A stretch of DNA of 64,000 bases from Eledone cirrhosa (taxonomy: Eukaryota), in the NCBI GenBank assembly GCA_964016885.1, contig OZ024740.1:121644001-121708000 (forward strand). Direction: 5' to 3'. The notes under the pieces were generated by a model that was not told where the DNA came from, ran no database searches, and was given only the letters and a program-made list of their open reading frames with translations. Position 1 is the stretch's first letter; each line of letters opens with the position of its first letter. Positions 13,099-27,623 of the stretch are shown piece by piece. The translations under genes were made by a program, and so were the position numbers.

Positions 13099-15194
13099 AT
13101 GGCTACGAAAAAGAAATTTCATACGTCACTCCCACTCATTCCGTCTTCTTCTTCCTCAATCATCACTACAGCAGAGAGAAGATTGTCTCTCTCCCTCCCT
13201 TCTTTAAATGTGTCTCTCTCCCTCCCTTCTCTTTCGCAAGTGACGAAAGAAAAGAAAAGTCTCGTGCAAAGTGTGCAAGGTTTCTCCACGACGACGACGA
13301 CAGCGACGAAACAGGTGTGCGGGAAATACGAAAACCCAGTTCATTCGTCTGACGTCAGGAATAATAGCAGTAGCAGCCGTAATAACAACAGCAACAGTGA
13401 CAATGAAAACAACAGTAGCAGCCGCAACAGCATCACCAGCAGCATAAACAACAATAGCATTAGCAGCAGCAACACCAACAACAACCACAGCAACAGCGGC
13501 GGAGGCAGTAGTCGTAGTACCTGCAGCAACAACAAAAGTACCAGCAGCTCTGACGACAACAACAACAGCAGAGAAAAACCAATCTCATTTGCAGATATTG
13601 CGAAAAACTTGGAAACAATCCTCATAACAAATGAGGAATTAGAGGAAGCGAAGAAGATGGTGACAAAGAACGGACACCGAGCAATCTGCAAGGCAGCGGA
13701 AAAATTTTTCGAAACCCAAGAGCACTGTACGGTCACGTACCGTACATTAAGTACAAAATCCCGTAGGGTGGAAAGAGCCACAGAGGCCCAAATACAAAAA
13801 GCCTTGGGGTCTGTGTGGCAGCGGAAAACGCACATCACCCGAGGCAAAAAATATGCCACCGTAGACGTACTTTTTGCCACACCCCAGGAGGCAAAGGCCC
13901 AATCAGTAGTGACCCTAAGGAGCGAGGAAATGGTGTTGGTGCCCTCCTACTGCGGGCAAAAAATTGTGAGGGTCAAACTGACCCACGTCCCCCCCGGAAT
14001 GACCCCTTCTTGGCTGGCCGCGTCTGTCCTCGTCGGAATCGAGGACAAAATAACTGTACTGCAAGTACAGAAAAAAGTAAGAGAAGATTGGGTCGGCTCC
14101 TCCATTGAGATGCTAATCCAAACCAACCAGGAGTGCATCGAAGCTATCCCGGATGTGATAGACTTCGATAACGGCACTCAACTGCCCATAAGTGTTGAGG
14201 GCAAACGCCCGAAATGCTTTCGCTGTGGATCGAAGACTCACCTCAGGGCCTTCTGCAACGAGAAGACCCTGAGAAAGGAGAAAACCCCCCTCCTTCCGAA
14301 TCCGGCTCCACGGCTACCAGCAACAGGACAAGCGGCAACCAGGAACGATAGGTCCGTGGCACCCATACCCACTCCACGGAAATCAAAAACAGCAGCAGCA
14401 GTGGAAATATTAACAACAACAACAGCAATACCAAATGCAGCTGCAACAGAGACTCCAGTGCAAACATCACCAACAACAACAAGTGAAAGAGTGGAGCTGG
14501 TACCCCTCCCCGACCTCACAGAATCAGACATGGAGTGTGAGGTGGGAGAGGGATGGCAAAAGGTCGTAAGAAGGCACAAACGCAGAAGCAGCGCATCGTC
14601 GCCTTTGAAAAGGGAGGAAAGAAATGAGAAAAGGGTAAAGTCTACTGCAAAGTGACCCACAGCAGCAACAACACCAACACCATCACCACCCACACTAGCA
14701 CCACCATCACCACCGGCGACAACCCCACCGCCAACAACACCTTTAACACCACCACCACATGCACCAACATCGCAAACACAACAACAAAACACACACACCC
14801 AGCAACAACGACAAGAAAATAGCAGAACCACACCCACCCCTAGAAAAACAAATGCACGGCAATAAATACACACAACAAGAAACTAATGACTTACATAATT
14901 GAACACACAGACATTTCACAACAGGACTACATAATACCAGCACCAATCAAAACGCCAACTAACATAAGACTGCTAAAAATAGCACAGAAACAATACACAA
15001 ACATTAAAACGAAATTCCCCAACGCAGTTGGTGATTTCAGGGACCTAGGAGGAACCATCAATCGAAGAGTATATTCAGACATTCTCTTAGAAGAGCCGAC
15101 GACCAGCCGAAGGAACGATTCAACGGTCCCTTCACCAGACGATCAAGTGAAAAGGGATGTAAAAACCATCCCTCCTCTACCAAAAGTACGGTAA
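13099..15194 (+). pseudogene. Tx1 copy 2 ORF1 (Ser/Asn-rich N-terminus, CCHC knuckle), frame break after 14655
   Basis: ORF 13063-14655 (likely ATG at 13099; CFRCGSKTHLRAFC). C-terminal piece 14886-15194 is homologous to 4332-4607. Confidence 0.8.
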
Positions 15195-15229
15195 GTGGTC
15201 TTTCCCATCTTTTCCACTCTATTTTAAAC

Positions 15230-18200
15230 ATGACCTCACTCAGAATAGGCAGCATACATGCGCGTGGCTTGGGGTCGTCATGGAAGCAGGGTCACCTGCT
15301 CAACGACCTCAGGTCACTAAACATAGATGTAGTGGCCATCAGCGAGACCAGAATCTCCGAAGCACGGGCCTTCGCACCGATCTTCGGCGGCTACGATGTG
15401 TACGCATCTCCCAGCCGTCCTGGATCGGGTGGAGGAGTTGCTGTGCTTTTTCGGAGAGTTTTGGATCTCGCCATACGGGCCATCTTCCTGGACCCAGAGG
15501 GTAAGCTGGTGGTGCTGGACGTGACCAGCGGAGACGGGCAAGCTTTCAGGCTAGTGGCCGTTTATGCCCCGACAGGAGCAGGGCGGCCTGATTTCTTCCG
15601 GCGTCTGGAGACCTTTCTTGGAACGTCCCCCTCTTTAGTGTTAGTGGGCGACTGGAACGGGATCTTAGATGCACGCTGGGACTATGTGGGATTAGCGGAT
15701 AGGGGTGGAGGGTGCAAGAGCCTCACCAACCTGCTCAGGCGTTTTGAACTGTCTGACAGGTACCGATTGGATTTCCCGAATGTGCCAATGTGGACTTGAA
15801 CAAACGGCATAGGGTCATCCAGATCATATCTAGATAGAGTATTTTGTAGGGAAATAGATAGGTCTAGCATAGGCTGTCCACAATTCAAGATAGTCAGCTA
15901 CACGGACCACAAATTCGTGACCTATGTGCTTGACTTAGATAGGCTTCATAGACGAGGACCCGGCTACTGGAAGCTAAACGCGTCCTTACCAGCGCGCAAG
16001 GCCTACAGAGACCGGATTAGCGAACTAGTTAAGTGGGCGTTGACGGGGGCCATCGTCAACAACAAGTGGTGGTTTGCTCTGAAAAGAGCGATTAGAATAG
16101 AATCGATTAGGTTTAGTAAGGCTTTAGCAATAGAGAAAAATAGAGCAGAGGGAGAACTAGTTAGAAAATTAGACGAGGCGCTTAACAAAGGCATTGCGAC
16201 CGACGTGCTTGCGGCGAAATTGGCCCTTGACCAATTCTTCAATGCAAAGCACGAAGTCTGCGTTGTCAGAGCTAGGGTGCGTGCTCTCAGACACGAGGGG
16301 ACGAAAGCCGTTCAATGGGCCCGAGTGGCGGAGGCGCGTCGTGGCAACAAAGCCACGATCCGGTCTTTGGTGGACCACGACGGGCGCATGCTACTCGATC
16401 CCGGGCAAATGTGTGAAGCTTTTCAGCGACACTTCGCTCAGCTGTTCGGGGGCAGCGGTGGGCCGGGTAGAGGGATGGACTTTAGTGTCTACCTCGACGG
16501 ACTGCCGCGGCTCTCGGCCACTGAGGCGAAGTGTTGCGAAAAGCCGATAACAGCCGCTGAAGTAAGGGAGGCAATGACTGGCTGCACAAGGGGTAAATCG
16601 CCTGGTTTGGATGGTCTGCCCTATGAACTTTACGTACAGATGCCAGACTTGTTCGGAGGCCTCTTGGCGGACGTCTACTGCAACTGGCAACAGAACGGGA
16701 GAATTCCCAGTTCTGTGAGCCGAGGAGCGGTGGCACTGCTGAGAAAGGATCCGAACAAGGGGGATAACATAGACAATTTCCGGCCCATAACTCTGCTAAA
16801 CACAGAGTCCAAGATTTTGGCCAAGGTGCTAGCAAAGAGGTTGGCGCTTGTCGTTGGTGGTCTGGTGGGAGAGGCGCAGACATGCGCCATTCGCGACAGA
16901 TCCATCCACGACAACCTCCACCTCATGCGATACATCATAGAGAGGGTAGCTAAGGAACCTGGCACGGGTGGGTCCTTGATCAATTTAGATCAGTCGAAAG
17001 CTTTCGATAGGGTCGACCATCGTTACCTAGCGGCCGTCCTGAGGGCGGCTGGCTTTGGGCCCGTCTTCAGAGGCTGGATCGCTGCCATGCACAGCGACAT
17101 GTGCTCTGTGGTGAGAGTGAACGGTCACCTGTCGGAACCGTTCAACATCATGCGCTCGGTCCGCCAAGGATGTCCCCTCTCGTCCCTCTTGTAAGTTTTG
17201 ACTCTCGAGCCATTACTGCACAAACTGGAGACGTTGAGGGGAGTCCCGCGCGAACTAGGATGCGGAAGATCCGTGTCAGCATATGCGGACGATGTCACCG
17301 TAGTGGTGTCGAACGCCAAACACATCGAGGCGATCGGCACTACACTAAGAGAATACGAAGTGGTGACAGGAGCAATGATCAACCAGGAAAAGTCAGTGGG
17401 CCTGCAGCTCGGCACCTGGAGAGGCAGGTCCATGCCGTCCAACAGCGTCGTCGGGCGCTGGACGGACGGACCGGTTAAATTGTTAGGGGTCTGGTTCGGT
17501 CCGGACCTCCAGACGGACAAAAACTGGGACGAGGTGACGAGCAGGGTGGCTTCTCTCACCCAGAAATGGGCGGAGAGGAAGCTATCCCTGAAAGGTCGAG
17601 CGGAGGTGGCTAACGCGTACATCGCGTCTGTCATCTGCTACCGCCTGACCGTCGTACCTTGTCCTAAGCCTCGCCTGACTGCGCTGGAGCGTTTGCTCTT
17701 TCGCCTTTTGTGGAAGGGACGTGCTCCGATGGTCAGGCGGTCCATCTGTTGTCAACACCCGCTACGTGGAGGGCTGGGCATGCCGTGGCTGATGATGCGC
17801 AGGCACGCGCTCAGGCTACGACATCTCCATCTCTTCCTCGACGGTGATCAGGTGTGGTCGCCGTTTGCTAGGCGCGTATTTCCCCAGCTCGTTTCCTTGG
17901 CGGAGCTGCAGTCCTGGGTCAAGCGAAGACCGAGAGGGAGCGCCTGGAGACTGGAATGTCTTCAGGCGCTCACAGCCCTCGACCAATCGGGCAATGTGAT
18001 CGGTGGAAACTCCACCTCGGCGTTCTATAGAGGATTAGTGGAGGGTAAGAGCGACGACGTACTTGGGGAAATTCTAGGCGTCGACGAAAATCAACTAGCC
18101 AATCTCTTCGGAAGAACTTTCGGGCCGGGTACTATGGACAACTTCCAGAAATCTCTGGCCTGGCAGTGCTACCGAGGAGCCTTGCCAGTTCGGGATAAAC

Positions 18201-18649
18201 TCTACAGGCATGGAGGTGCCGTCAGCCGGGCATGTCCGAGATGCGCGGAGGGCGACGAAACCGTCCTGCACGCACTCGTCCAGTGTCCGAAAATTGCTGA
18301 CTTGTGGGTTTATGTCGAACACCTGCTGTTGCGTTTAGGACGGATCCGGCTATCATCTGAGTCCATCGTGAGGATTGCCCCGCCCTCCTCCTTTAGCCGG
18401 GAAGGGCAGGCAGTTTTTATCTGTCTGGTGGCCATGGCGAAAGAGATAGTATGGTGGACACGTTTGAAAGGGCTGAAGACGAGCACTTACCTCTTCGGTG
18501 ATGCTCTGATTGACTTTTTCAAATTTCATTTGAAAAGGAAAATCAGAGTAGAGAAGGAAGTGCTCTCTTCCCAGCATTTTGTTGAAAGATGGGTGAGAGA
18601 AGCAAGAATGGCCCGAGTGAATGGGCCGACTCTGAGTATATATCTGTAA
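15230..18649 (+). pseudogene. Tx1 copy 2 ORF2 (APE-RT-CCHC), single frame with only two premature stops
   Basis: ORFs 15230-15799, 15917-17194 and 17198-18649 share one frame. Stops TGA 15797-15799 and TAA 17192-17194 correspond to TGG and TAC in copy 1. Motifs KSPGLDG, FRPITLLN, DQSKAFDRV, QGCPLS, YADD. Confidence 0.93.
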
Positions 18650-18910
18650 ACTAAAGGTGGAAAACTGGGAGAGGGCACTTGCCTTGGTGGTCAGGGTCAT
18701 TGTGGCTTTTTACTGGGCTTTCTCCACAAATGTCCCTCCGAAGTCTCCCCCCTATTGGGGAATTTTTTCATTGTTATTTTCATTGTTATTTTTGTTACAT
18801 CCTCTGTTTTTGTTTTTTTACACGCAGAAATGCCCATTTGTACCGTCCTGCATTGTCCTGCACTGTCCTTAATGTCTACTTTATGTAAACCCTTGTGGTT
18901 AATAAAGAAA

Positions 18911-18969
<59 letters not shown>

Positions 18970-18970
18970 G

Positions 18971-21900
18971 TTTGAGTCTCAGTCATTGATGTTATTTAAC
19001 TGGAAAGTTTGTTGAAATGAATATCAAGCCATTACCTGCAGCCTCAGATATTCAGGACGTATTGGAGGGTTCTTGCTGTTCCCAGCAAGCATGTATTTTG
19101 AAGCGTTCTAAAAAGCGTGAAGGGGCCAATTTTCTTTAACCATCCCTGGAAACATTTTGAGATAGTCCCTAGTGCGCCTATGACTTCATTGCAGGTCCAA
19201 ATCCTTTTTAAGTCCCACTTTAAGTCCTGGTATCGGTTAATTTTCTCCCTCTCCTTCTCTTGCACTCTCGTGTCGAATGGGCAGGCCACATCCACAATCA
19301 GGCACGATCTATTTTCCTTCTCCCAAACCACCAGATCAGGTCTATTGTGTTCCAGTTTCTTGTCCGTCTGTATCCTAAAATCCCACAGCACCTTCACCTG
19401 ATAGTTTTCTATCACCGACTCTGGCTTATGCTCATACCACTTCTTAGAATGTGGTAAATTGTTTACTTTGCATAGGTGCCAGTGGATCACCCTGCCCATC
19501 ACCACAATCTGCAGCCCTTATAGTGAGTCTGCGCTAGGTGTTTACACTCGGATACAATGTGAACCACAGTCTCCTTTCTCCACATATCCTGCACAGTGGG
19601 CTAGCCTCCTCCTTGTAAATATGGTGTTTCAACCACTTCGTTTTGAGCTCCTGCTCCTGCGCAGCCATTAACATTCCTTCTGTAGCCTTTTTAAGATCTC
19701 TTTTCAACCAGTTCCATGTCTGTGGGTCTCTAAATTCAGTTTTCTATAAGAAGGTACTATGAAGGCTGCTCTTTCTCCTTGATGTTATTTCCTCCTTGGA
19801 CATCCTCTGGTCTATTGTCCTCTCCTTCAGTACAGTTCTGAACATTGGCTCCTTACTATTAGTCACGTATTTGTGTAGGTTGTTTTTCTCCATCTGAACT
19901 CAGCCCTCTATGCTGATAAGACCCCATCCACCTTCAGATCTCCTTAAGTAGACTCTATCGACATCACTCCTCTTGTGGAACATGTTGTAGATAGTCAATA
20001 GCTTCCTAGTCTTCCTATCCATTTCTTTTTGTTCAGCAACATTCCATCTCAGAATTCCCGTACTGTACCTAATAATAGACACAGCTCGGGAATTTACTGC
20101 ACTTATGACATTCCTACTGTTCAGATGTGACTTTAATACGCTCCTTACTCTCCGAATGTATTCAGTTCTTAACACTTCCTTCATTCTTTTTGTTCTTGAT
20201 GTCATCAGCCTCCAGAACACCCACATACTTGTATCCTTCTTCAGAGTCAATTTCTTTTATCCTCTCACCTGTTGGTACCTGGATTCCGTTACTTCTGCTC
20301 AATTTACTCCTCTTCATCACAATGACTCCACACTTACTAATACCAAATTGCATACATATATCATTGCTGAAAATACGGACAGTGTCAACAAGCACATCCA
20401 AGTCCTTCTCACTCTTCCCGAAGAGCTTAAGATCGTCCATGAAGAGGAGGTGATTGATGGTAAGCCCTCCCTTTCCCAACCTGTATCCTGCTCTGACTTT
20501 TCGCAGTACACTGGTCAGGGGCATCAGGGCAAGGACAAACAACAGAGGGGACAGACTATCTCCCTGGAAGATACCTCTCTTGATCTTCACGCTGCCCAAG
20601 GATTCTCCAGTTGATGTTAAATCTGTTTCCCAGGACTTCATACTTTTGCCCATCAACTGTCAGATGTTATCTGCCACCTTGAAGATCTCCAGGCTTTTCG
20701 TGATCCAAGAATGAGGCACCATGTCAAATGCCTTTATGTAGTCTATCGATCCCATGGCAAGACCAGTGTGTCTCCTCTTGCAATTCCTCATTACCATCTT
20801 ATCAATAAGTAACTGGTCCTTTGTACCACGTGAATTCTTTCGGCATCCTTTCTGTTCGTCCCGTAACAAGTTGTTTGTGTGGAGGTGATGGTAGATTTCC
20901 TCAGACATAATGCTTGTCAACAGTTTCCACATTACAGACAGACGTGCGATAGGTCTATAGTTGGTAACACCATTACCCTTGATTTGGTCTTTCATTATCA
21001 GAACTGTGGTACCTTTTGTCAACCACTCTGGTATCTCACCTGACATCAAGCAGTCATTGAACATGGTTGTCAGTTTTGGGTGGTGGGATGTTATATTTTT
21101 AATCCAATACCCCTGCACACCATCTGGGCCTGGTGATTTCCAGTTGGTTAGTTATTTGGCCTGCCCCTTAAGAGTTTCAACTGTGATACTCAAATCAGTT
21201 TGTCGGTGTGCCTGTTCATTGATCTCCCTCAGTACTGTCTCAATCCACGCTGCCTGGTCATTATGTTTAACATCCTGCTCCCATATTCCTCTCCAGAATA
21301 TTTTAGTTTGTTCCGCCTCAGGGATCAAGTCGTTGCCTCTTTCTTTCCCTTCAAGCTGTCCAAACAGCATCTTCTGGTTGTTGTCGAACATGCGGTTCTC
21401 TCTATACTGACTGACTCTGTTCTCGTATCGCCTGATTGTTGCACTCTTTGCAACAATGCGTTGCTTCAGTTCCGCTATGATAATATTTAGCTTTTTCCTC
21501 CTAGTTTTGTACTTTATTTCCAGTCTATTTTTAGTGTCTATGTTTTTTAGTGTCCTATTCAGTAGGGACTCAAGCTTTCCAATGTCATTTCTCATTTCCC
21601 TGATTTGACCACTCAGTCGTCCCCTCCACCAACGCTCTGCTCTTTCTTGTCTGTTGTTTCCTCTAGCTTTTATACCAAATAGTTTCCTCACCGTATTTGC
21701 TGTTGCTTTGAGGATATTGTTGCACTGGTGAAGGCTCCTCGCCTCAAGGTATGATATGACTTTGTTTACCTTAGCTGTTGTTTCTTTTAACTTTTTCCTG
21801 TCTACAAATCTTAGGTTCATAGGTTTCCCACTACCATTGTTCAATTCATCTACCACTAAGTTTAGGATATCAACTAAATCTTGTCCTAGCCTGTCAGGAT

Positions 21901-23878
21901 TCATCTCTTCAGTGGCCGTATCTCTGGTCCAGGTACTATTTATCTCAGCATTCAGATCATTGTCTGCTTCGGGTGGTTCCTCCGTTCTCTCGACCTCTTC
22001 ACCTTCATTTCCCAATGGCTCGTTTGCCTGGCATACTCCACTCACCCTCTCCAAGCTAATCTCTCTGCTCAGTTCCTCCAATTCCAGCTCGCTTATCCAC
22101 CCATTAGTTCTTATTATCCGAGCCTGCCCGGCCAATTTATGTTCATCTAATTTAAATAGACCAATCTCGTTCCAGATGTTATGAATCCGTTTCCTATAAC
22201 CTTTCTCCTTGGGGTTACTCTTCAGGTAACATTGCATAACAGTTCTATTCAATTCTTTCGTCCAGTTGGTTGTGGTCCCTTTCCTTCTTCTTCTTCTTCC
22301 GACACCAGCAGTATTTGTTTGACATCCAGGTCCCTGCTGCTGAGCCAGGGAGCACTCGTTGGGAGAGAGTCTGTCACATGACATTCTATTCTCTATTTCA
22401 CCGTTATTCGAACTGTTTAGGTTCGACATTTAAACACTCTTATCGAGGATTGGCGAATGTATGGTTACATAACCACCGGTGATGTCATCACCTCCAGTGA
22501 TTTCGTCACTCCCGGGGATTTTTGTGTGGCATTATCACGCTGTAGACGAAATTATATAAACAAACAACCAAACAGGCCCCCCCCCCCCCCCAAGAATAAG
22601 CATAAGTTTCATTGTAATGTAATGTTCGAATGTCTTACTTAGTGTTTCCCTTCCCTTTTCTGTCCGTCTGTCTGTTTCTCTCTTCATTTTTCTTTTCTTT
22701 ACGTTTTTTGTTCTTGCTGTGCTGCTTTGATTTTGGTTTTTGGTTTTTTGATTTTGACCGGGTGATGAATTCAGTCTATTTATATATTTTGATGCCTTCT
22801 TCTTTCAGTGGGGACACTGGGACACTACGATGTAGCAGGGGCTAGCGGGAGAGAAAAGCGACGGTAGTGATAATGAGGCAGTGGTGTTGGTGGTGGTGAT
22901 GGTGCTGTGCTATCAGCACCTAGCAGGAGGTAGTGGGAGAGAATAACGGCGGTAACGATAATGAGGCAGTGGTGGTGGTGATGTGATCGTAGTATTGTAG
23001 TGATGGTTTTGAAGTTGGAGTAGAAATAGCCGTTGAGGCGACTTGACCAGTGTTTTTATCGTGGTAGTGGTGGTCGTGTTGGTGGTGAAATTATCTTTAG
23101 CTATTTAGCTATTTATTTCGACACTAACATTCCTGATCCAAAATTAAATATTATTCTTGTTTATTAATATTGTCTAGTGATACCGCCACCTTCCCCTTTC
23201 ATAAGTTAACAGAAGGTAATGGGGGAATAGTGGTGGTAGCAATGAAGGAGTGGTGGCGGCGGTGATGGGATAGTGGTAGTAATGATGGTTGGGTGGTGGC
23301 AGCGGTGACTGTAGTGATGGCGTTGTCGTTACTGAGTTTTGTTGAATAGACTGTATTTTTGTTTGATCGGTGGATCTATGGGGTTAGTCGCGTATATGTG
23401 TTGACATATTTCTTTAATATTGGAATTAAACATTTTGTGAAGACTTGAGACAATAATAATAGTAATTATAATTATTATGCTGGGATTGGTGCTGGTGGTG
23501 GTGAAATTGCCGTTATCTGGCTGTTGTATTTAGTGTACAGAGAGGAGTGATGGGGTAGGTGGTGTATCTAGTTTGTGGTGTTGGAGAAATTGCTGTTATT
23601 TGGCTGTTCTATATAGTGTAGAGAGAGTGGGTTTTCTTCCATTTATAACCATTTTAATATTTGAATGTATAATGTATATTAAAAAATTGAATATTTGAAC
23701 GATATAACAATATATTAAGGATCCGAATCTTCCTGAGGCTTGAGTCTGGTGCTTTATGCATCATTTGTACTAAGAATTGTTATTTCACAATTGATTTAAA
23801 TATGTTAAACATCAAAAATTTACGGGAGCGATTTCATGACCTTCTTTACATCACGTGCGTCTTCTTGCCATTACTTCC

Positions 23879-23879
<1 letters not shown>
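18971..23879 (-). mobile_element. R4/Dong family B, full-length (about 1.45-kb 5' UTR, single ORF 22429-19044 broken by frameshifts)
   Basis: ORFs 21152-22429, 20660-21118 (DYIKAFD), 20162-20656 (QGDSLSP, FMDDLK), 19900-20250, 19044-19505 (RPDL..DVACP..EKINRY). (ATT)n at both ends. Confidence 0.92.
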
Positions 23880-23921
<42 letters not shown>

Positions 23922-23923
<2 letters not shown>

Positions 23924-24539
23924 AGCTGCATTTATCTTGCTTTATGTTCATACGAGTTATCACCAAGTCACAACCAATGACCTCAAGAGACAACAAGGTC
24001 CGCCATGTTCAAGAAAGAACATACATACTCACACATGCATCTTTAGTGTTTAGACTTGTTATGTAGTTATATCGACAGAATCTTCCTTAGTATATGGGCA
24101 GTTCCCAGTAGTACTATCTTTGGTATTTCTCCTATACGCGGGTTTCCTGGGATTTGCGATAAGTAATCACTAGACCCCTTAGGTATCATTCCTAGAGCGC
24201 CTACAACCACTGGTATTGTTTTAGTTCTCAATTTCCACATTTTTCCAATTTCTATCTCCAGCTCCTTATACTTGCTCAATTTTTCAAATGTTTATATAGA
24301 TACATTCTTGTCTATTGGAACGTTCATATCAATTAGCAGGTATACCCTATTTTTAAAGACCTTCAATATTATATCAGGTCTATCTGCATCTATTTTTCGG
24401 TCTGTTTGGATGCTAAATTTCCACAAGATTGAGATGTGATCTTTTTCAAGTATGGGAGGTGGCTGATGCTCCCACCAATTCTTTTGATGGGGCAGGTCAA
24501 AATGCTTACACATTATCCAATGTATGTATTGTGCAGCTC

Positions 24540-24540
<1 letters not shown>
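23922..24540 (-). mobile_element. R4/Dong family A, 5'-truncated 3' fragment between (ATT)n tracts
   Basis: ORFs 24292-24513 and 24067-24279 are nearly identical to 8480-8950; same 3' UTR. Confidence 0.9.
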
Positions 24541-24575
<35 letters not shown>

Positions 24576-24664
24576 TTATTAAGGCTGTGCTTTGCTAATC
24601 GTAAGATTTGCCTCATGGTCTCATACGTCACGTACATAAGTATCTATTTCTAGATCTCTACTTT

Positions 24665-26062
<1,398 letters not shown>

Positions 26063-26072
26063 AACCAATAAG

Positions 26073-26165
26073 ACCCGACGGCTGAGCTCAAGCCGTTTCG
26101 ACGGCTAATTCTGGACTAAATGAAAATTTATTCTGGTATTTAAATAGCCGAGCTTCTCAAGGGGT
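26073..26165 (-). ncRNA. Type I hammerhead ribozyme, C3U/G8A core variant (inverted pLTR copy)
   Basis: Minus strand: CCC-UUGAGAA-G..CGGCUA[loop]UAGCCG.C-GAAA-CGGCU(UGAGCUC)AGCCG-UC^GGG. Predicted cut 26077/26076. Confidence 0.7.
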
Positions 26166-26175
26166 AATTCCATAT

Positions 26176-26842
26176 ATGGTCAAATTGACAACTCTCATAG
26201 GGAAAATATTCTTTAGGCTCATTGAAAAACACTTCCCACGACAACACCGCTACCACATCACATTTAACAAAAATACCATCAAATTCTCTTACAGCACTAC
26301 ACCAAACTTCGCACAACATCTTCTCCTCCAACAACAAAAAACTCAACCCCAATGGAAGAAATAAGCAAAATAGCAGTGGAGAGCCGACCAGGAGGTGCAA
26401 CTGTCCTGATAGATCCATTTTCCCCCTCGACAACAGATGCAGAGACCGTAATGTGATCTACCAGTGCAACGTGAGGACGGACACCTCCAACAAAGTTTAT
26501 ATAGGATTAACCGCATGTGACTTTAAGACCCGGCTATACCAACACATACATGCCTTCCGAAACCCGACCCGGCGTCACGCCACTACACTTTCGGGCCACA
26601 TATGGGACCTTAAGGACAACAACATCACCTATGATCTCACTTGGAGATTACTGTCCAGAGCCAACTCTTACACGGGAGGACGCCGTCCGTGCAATTTATG
26701 CTCGGAGGAAACTTTACAAATGTTGTTTTCGACGGACCAACTCCTAAACAAGATAGAAGAACTGGTTACTGCATGTAAACACAGATTGCGTAGGACCTAC
26801 CTCGCCCTCAAACCCCATAATGACCCGGGGGGGGGAGACTAG
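26176..26842 (+). pseudogene. PLE C-terminus: linker CxC motif plus GIY-YIG endonuclease
   Basis: IGKIFFRLIEKHFP (26176-26364), then RRCNC..PLDNRC..VIYQC..VYIGLT..FKTR..H..LSGHIWDLK..CNLC..LLN..E..CKH (26222-26842). Confidence 0.85.
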
Positions 26843-27576
26843 GGCTATAACACCCCACTTGCCGATTTTGTAATGGGTAACCCCTGCTTGCCAAGGGAGA
26901 CGTAAGATCTTCTTTTCTATTTCTTTTATCGCTTCCTCTATATTTCCTTCTTACCCCCATCCCTCCCTAGTCCTTCTACCCCAGTTCTTTTTCTTTGTCG
27001 GCGTCTTTTTCTCGCCCACCCGAGGCAGCCCCTGGGCCCCTTGTAGCCTCAGTGCCCCCCCCCCCTCCCCTAGTCTATGATAGATTTGGCGGACTCCGCT
27101 TTTTATAGCATTTGTGTTAGACCTCGGATACTTGCGCCTTTTTTCCGTGCCTTCTTTATTTCTTAGTGGCATCTTTGCTTTAATTTCTCGTTTATTCAGT
27201 ATTTCTGTCTTCTCTTTTCTTTCGGGCGGGGTGGATCCTGAATTAATTTTCCGTATTCCACTTTTACTTCGTACGACCTTTCTTGTAGCTTGTATGATAA
27301 CCTTTGTAACGTGGCGTTACACTTAGTATTAGCATTAGTATATTTTTTTCGGGACTCTCAATTATTATTTCGTACTAGTTTACTTTTCTGCACTGGATGG
27401 TTGCTGGCCTTGTGCCCGGGGTAGAAACCTTTATTAATTATTTCGTGGTAGTTTCTTTAGTAGTTGCCCCCCCCCCCCCCCTTTGTTGAACCGTCACCGT
27501 ATGATATACGTACTTATACCTCTTAAAAGGGTCCTTTCCTATTCCGTTCCACCTAGTCTATTTATTTATTATTTTT

Positions 27577-27623
<47 letters not shown>

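Larger units (their letters stand above)
12883..18912 (+). mobile_element. Tx1/L1-clade LINE copy 2, full-length, best preserved (5' module type beta)
   Basis: Starts right after (ATT)n and ends AATAAAGAAATC + (ATT)n. Contains ORF1 and ORF2. Confidence 0.93.

Noticed and set aside
13204-14946. Long antisense Val/Leu/Gly-rich ORFs opposite Tx1 ORF1 (also 3949-4401 and 60418-60879)
   Set aside because: Shadows of (ACA/CCA/AGC)-rich low-complexity ORF1 sequence.
27398-27445. SINE 3'-end-like 45-mer inside the Naiad-like 3' region
   Set aside because: Too short and diverged to call as a separate insertion.
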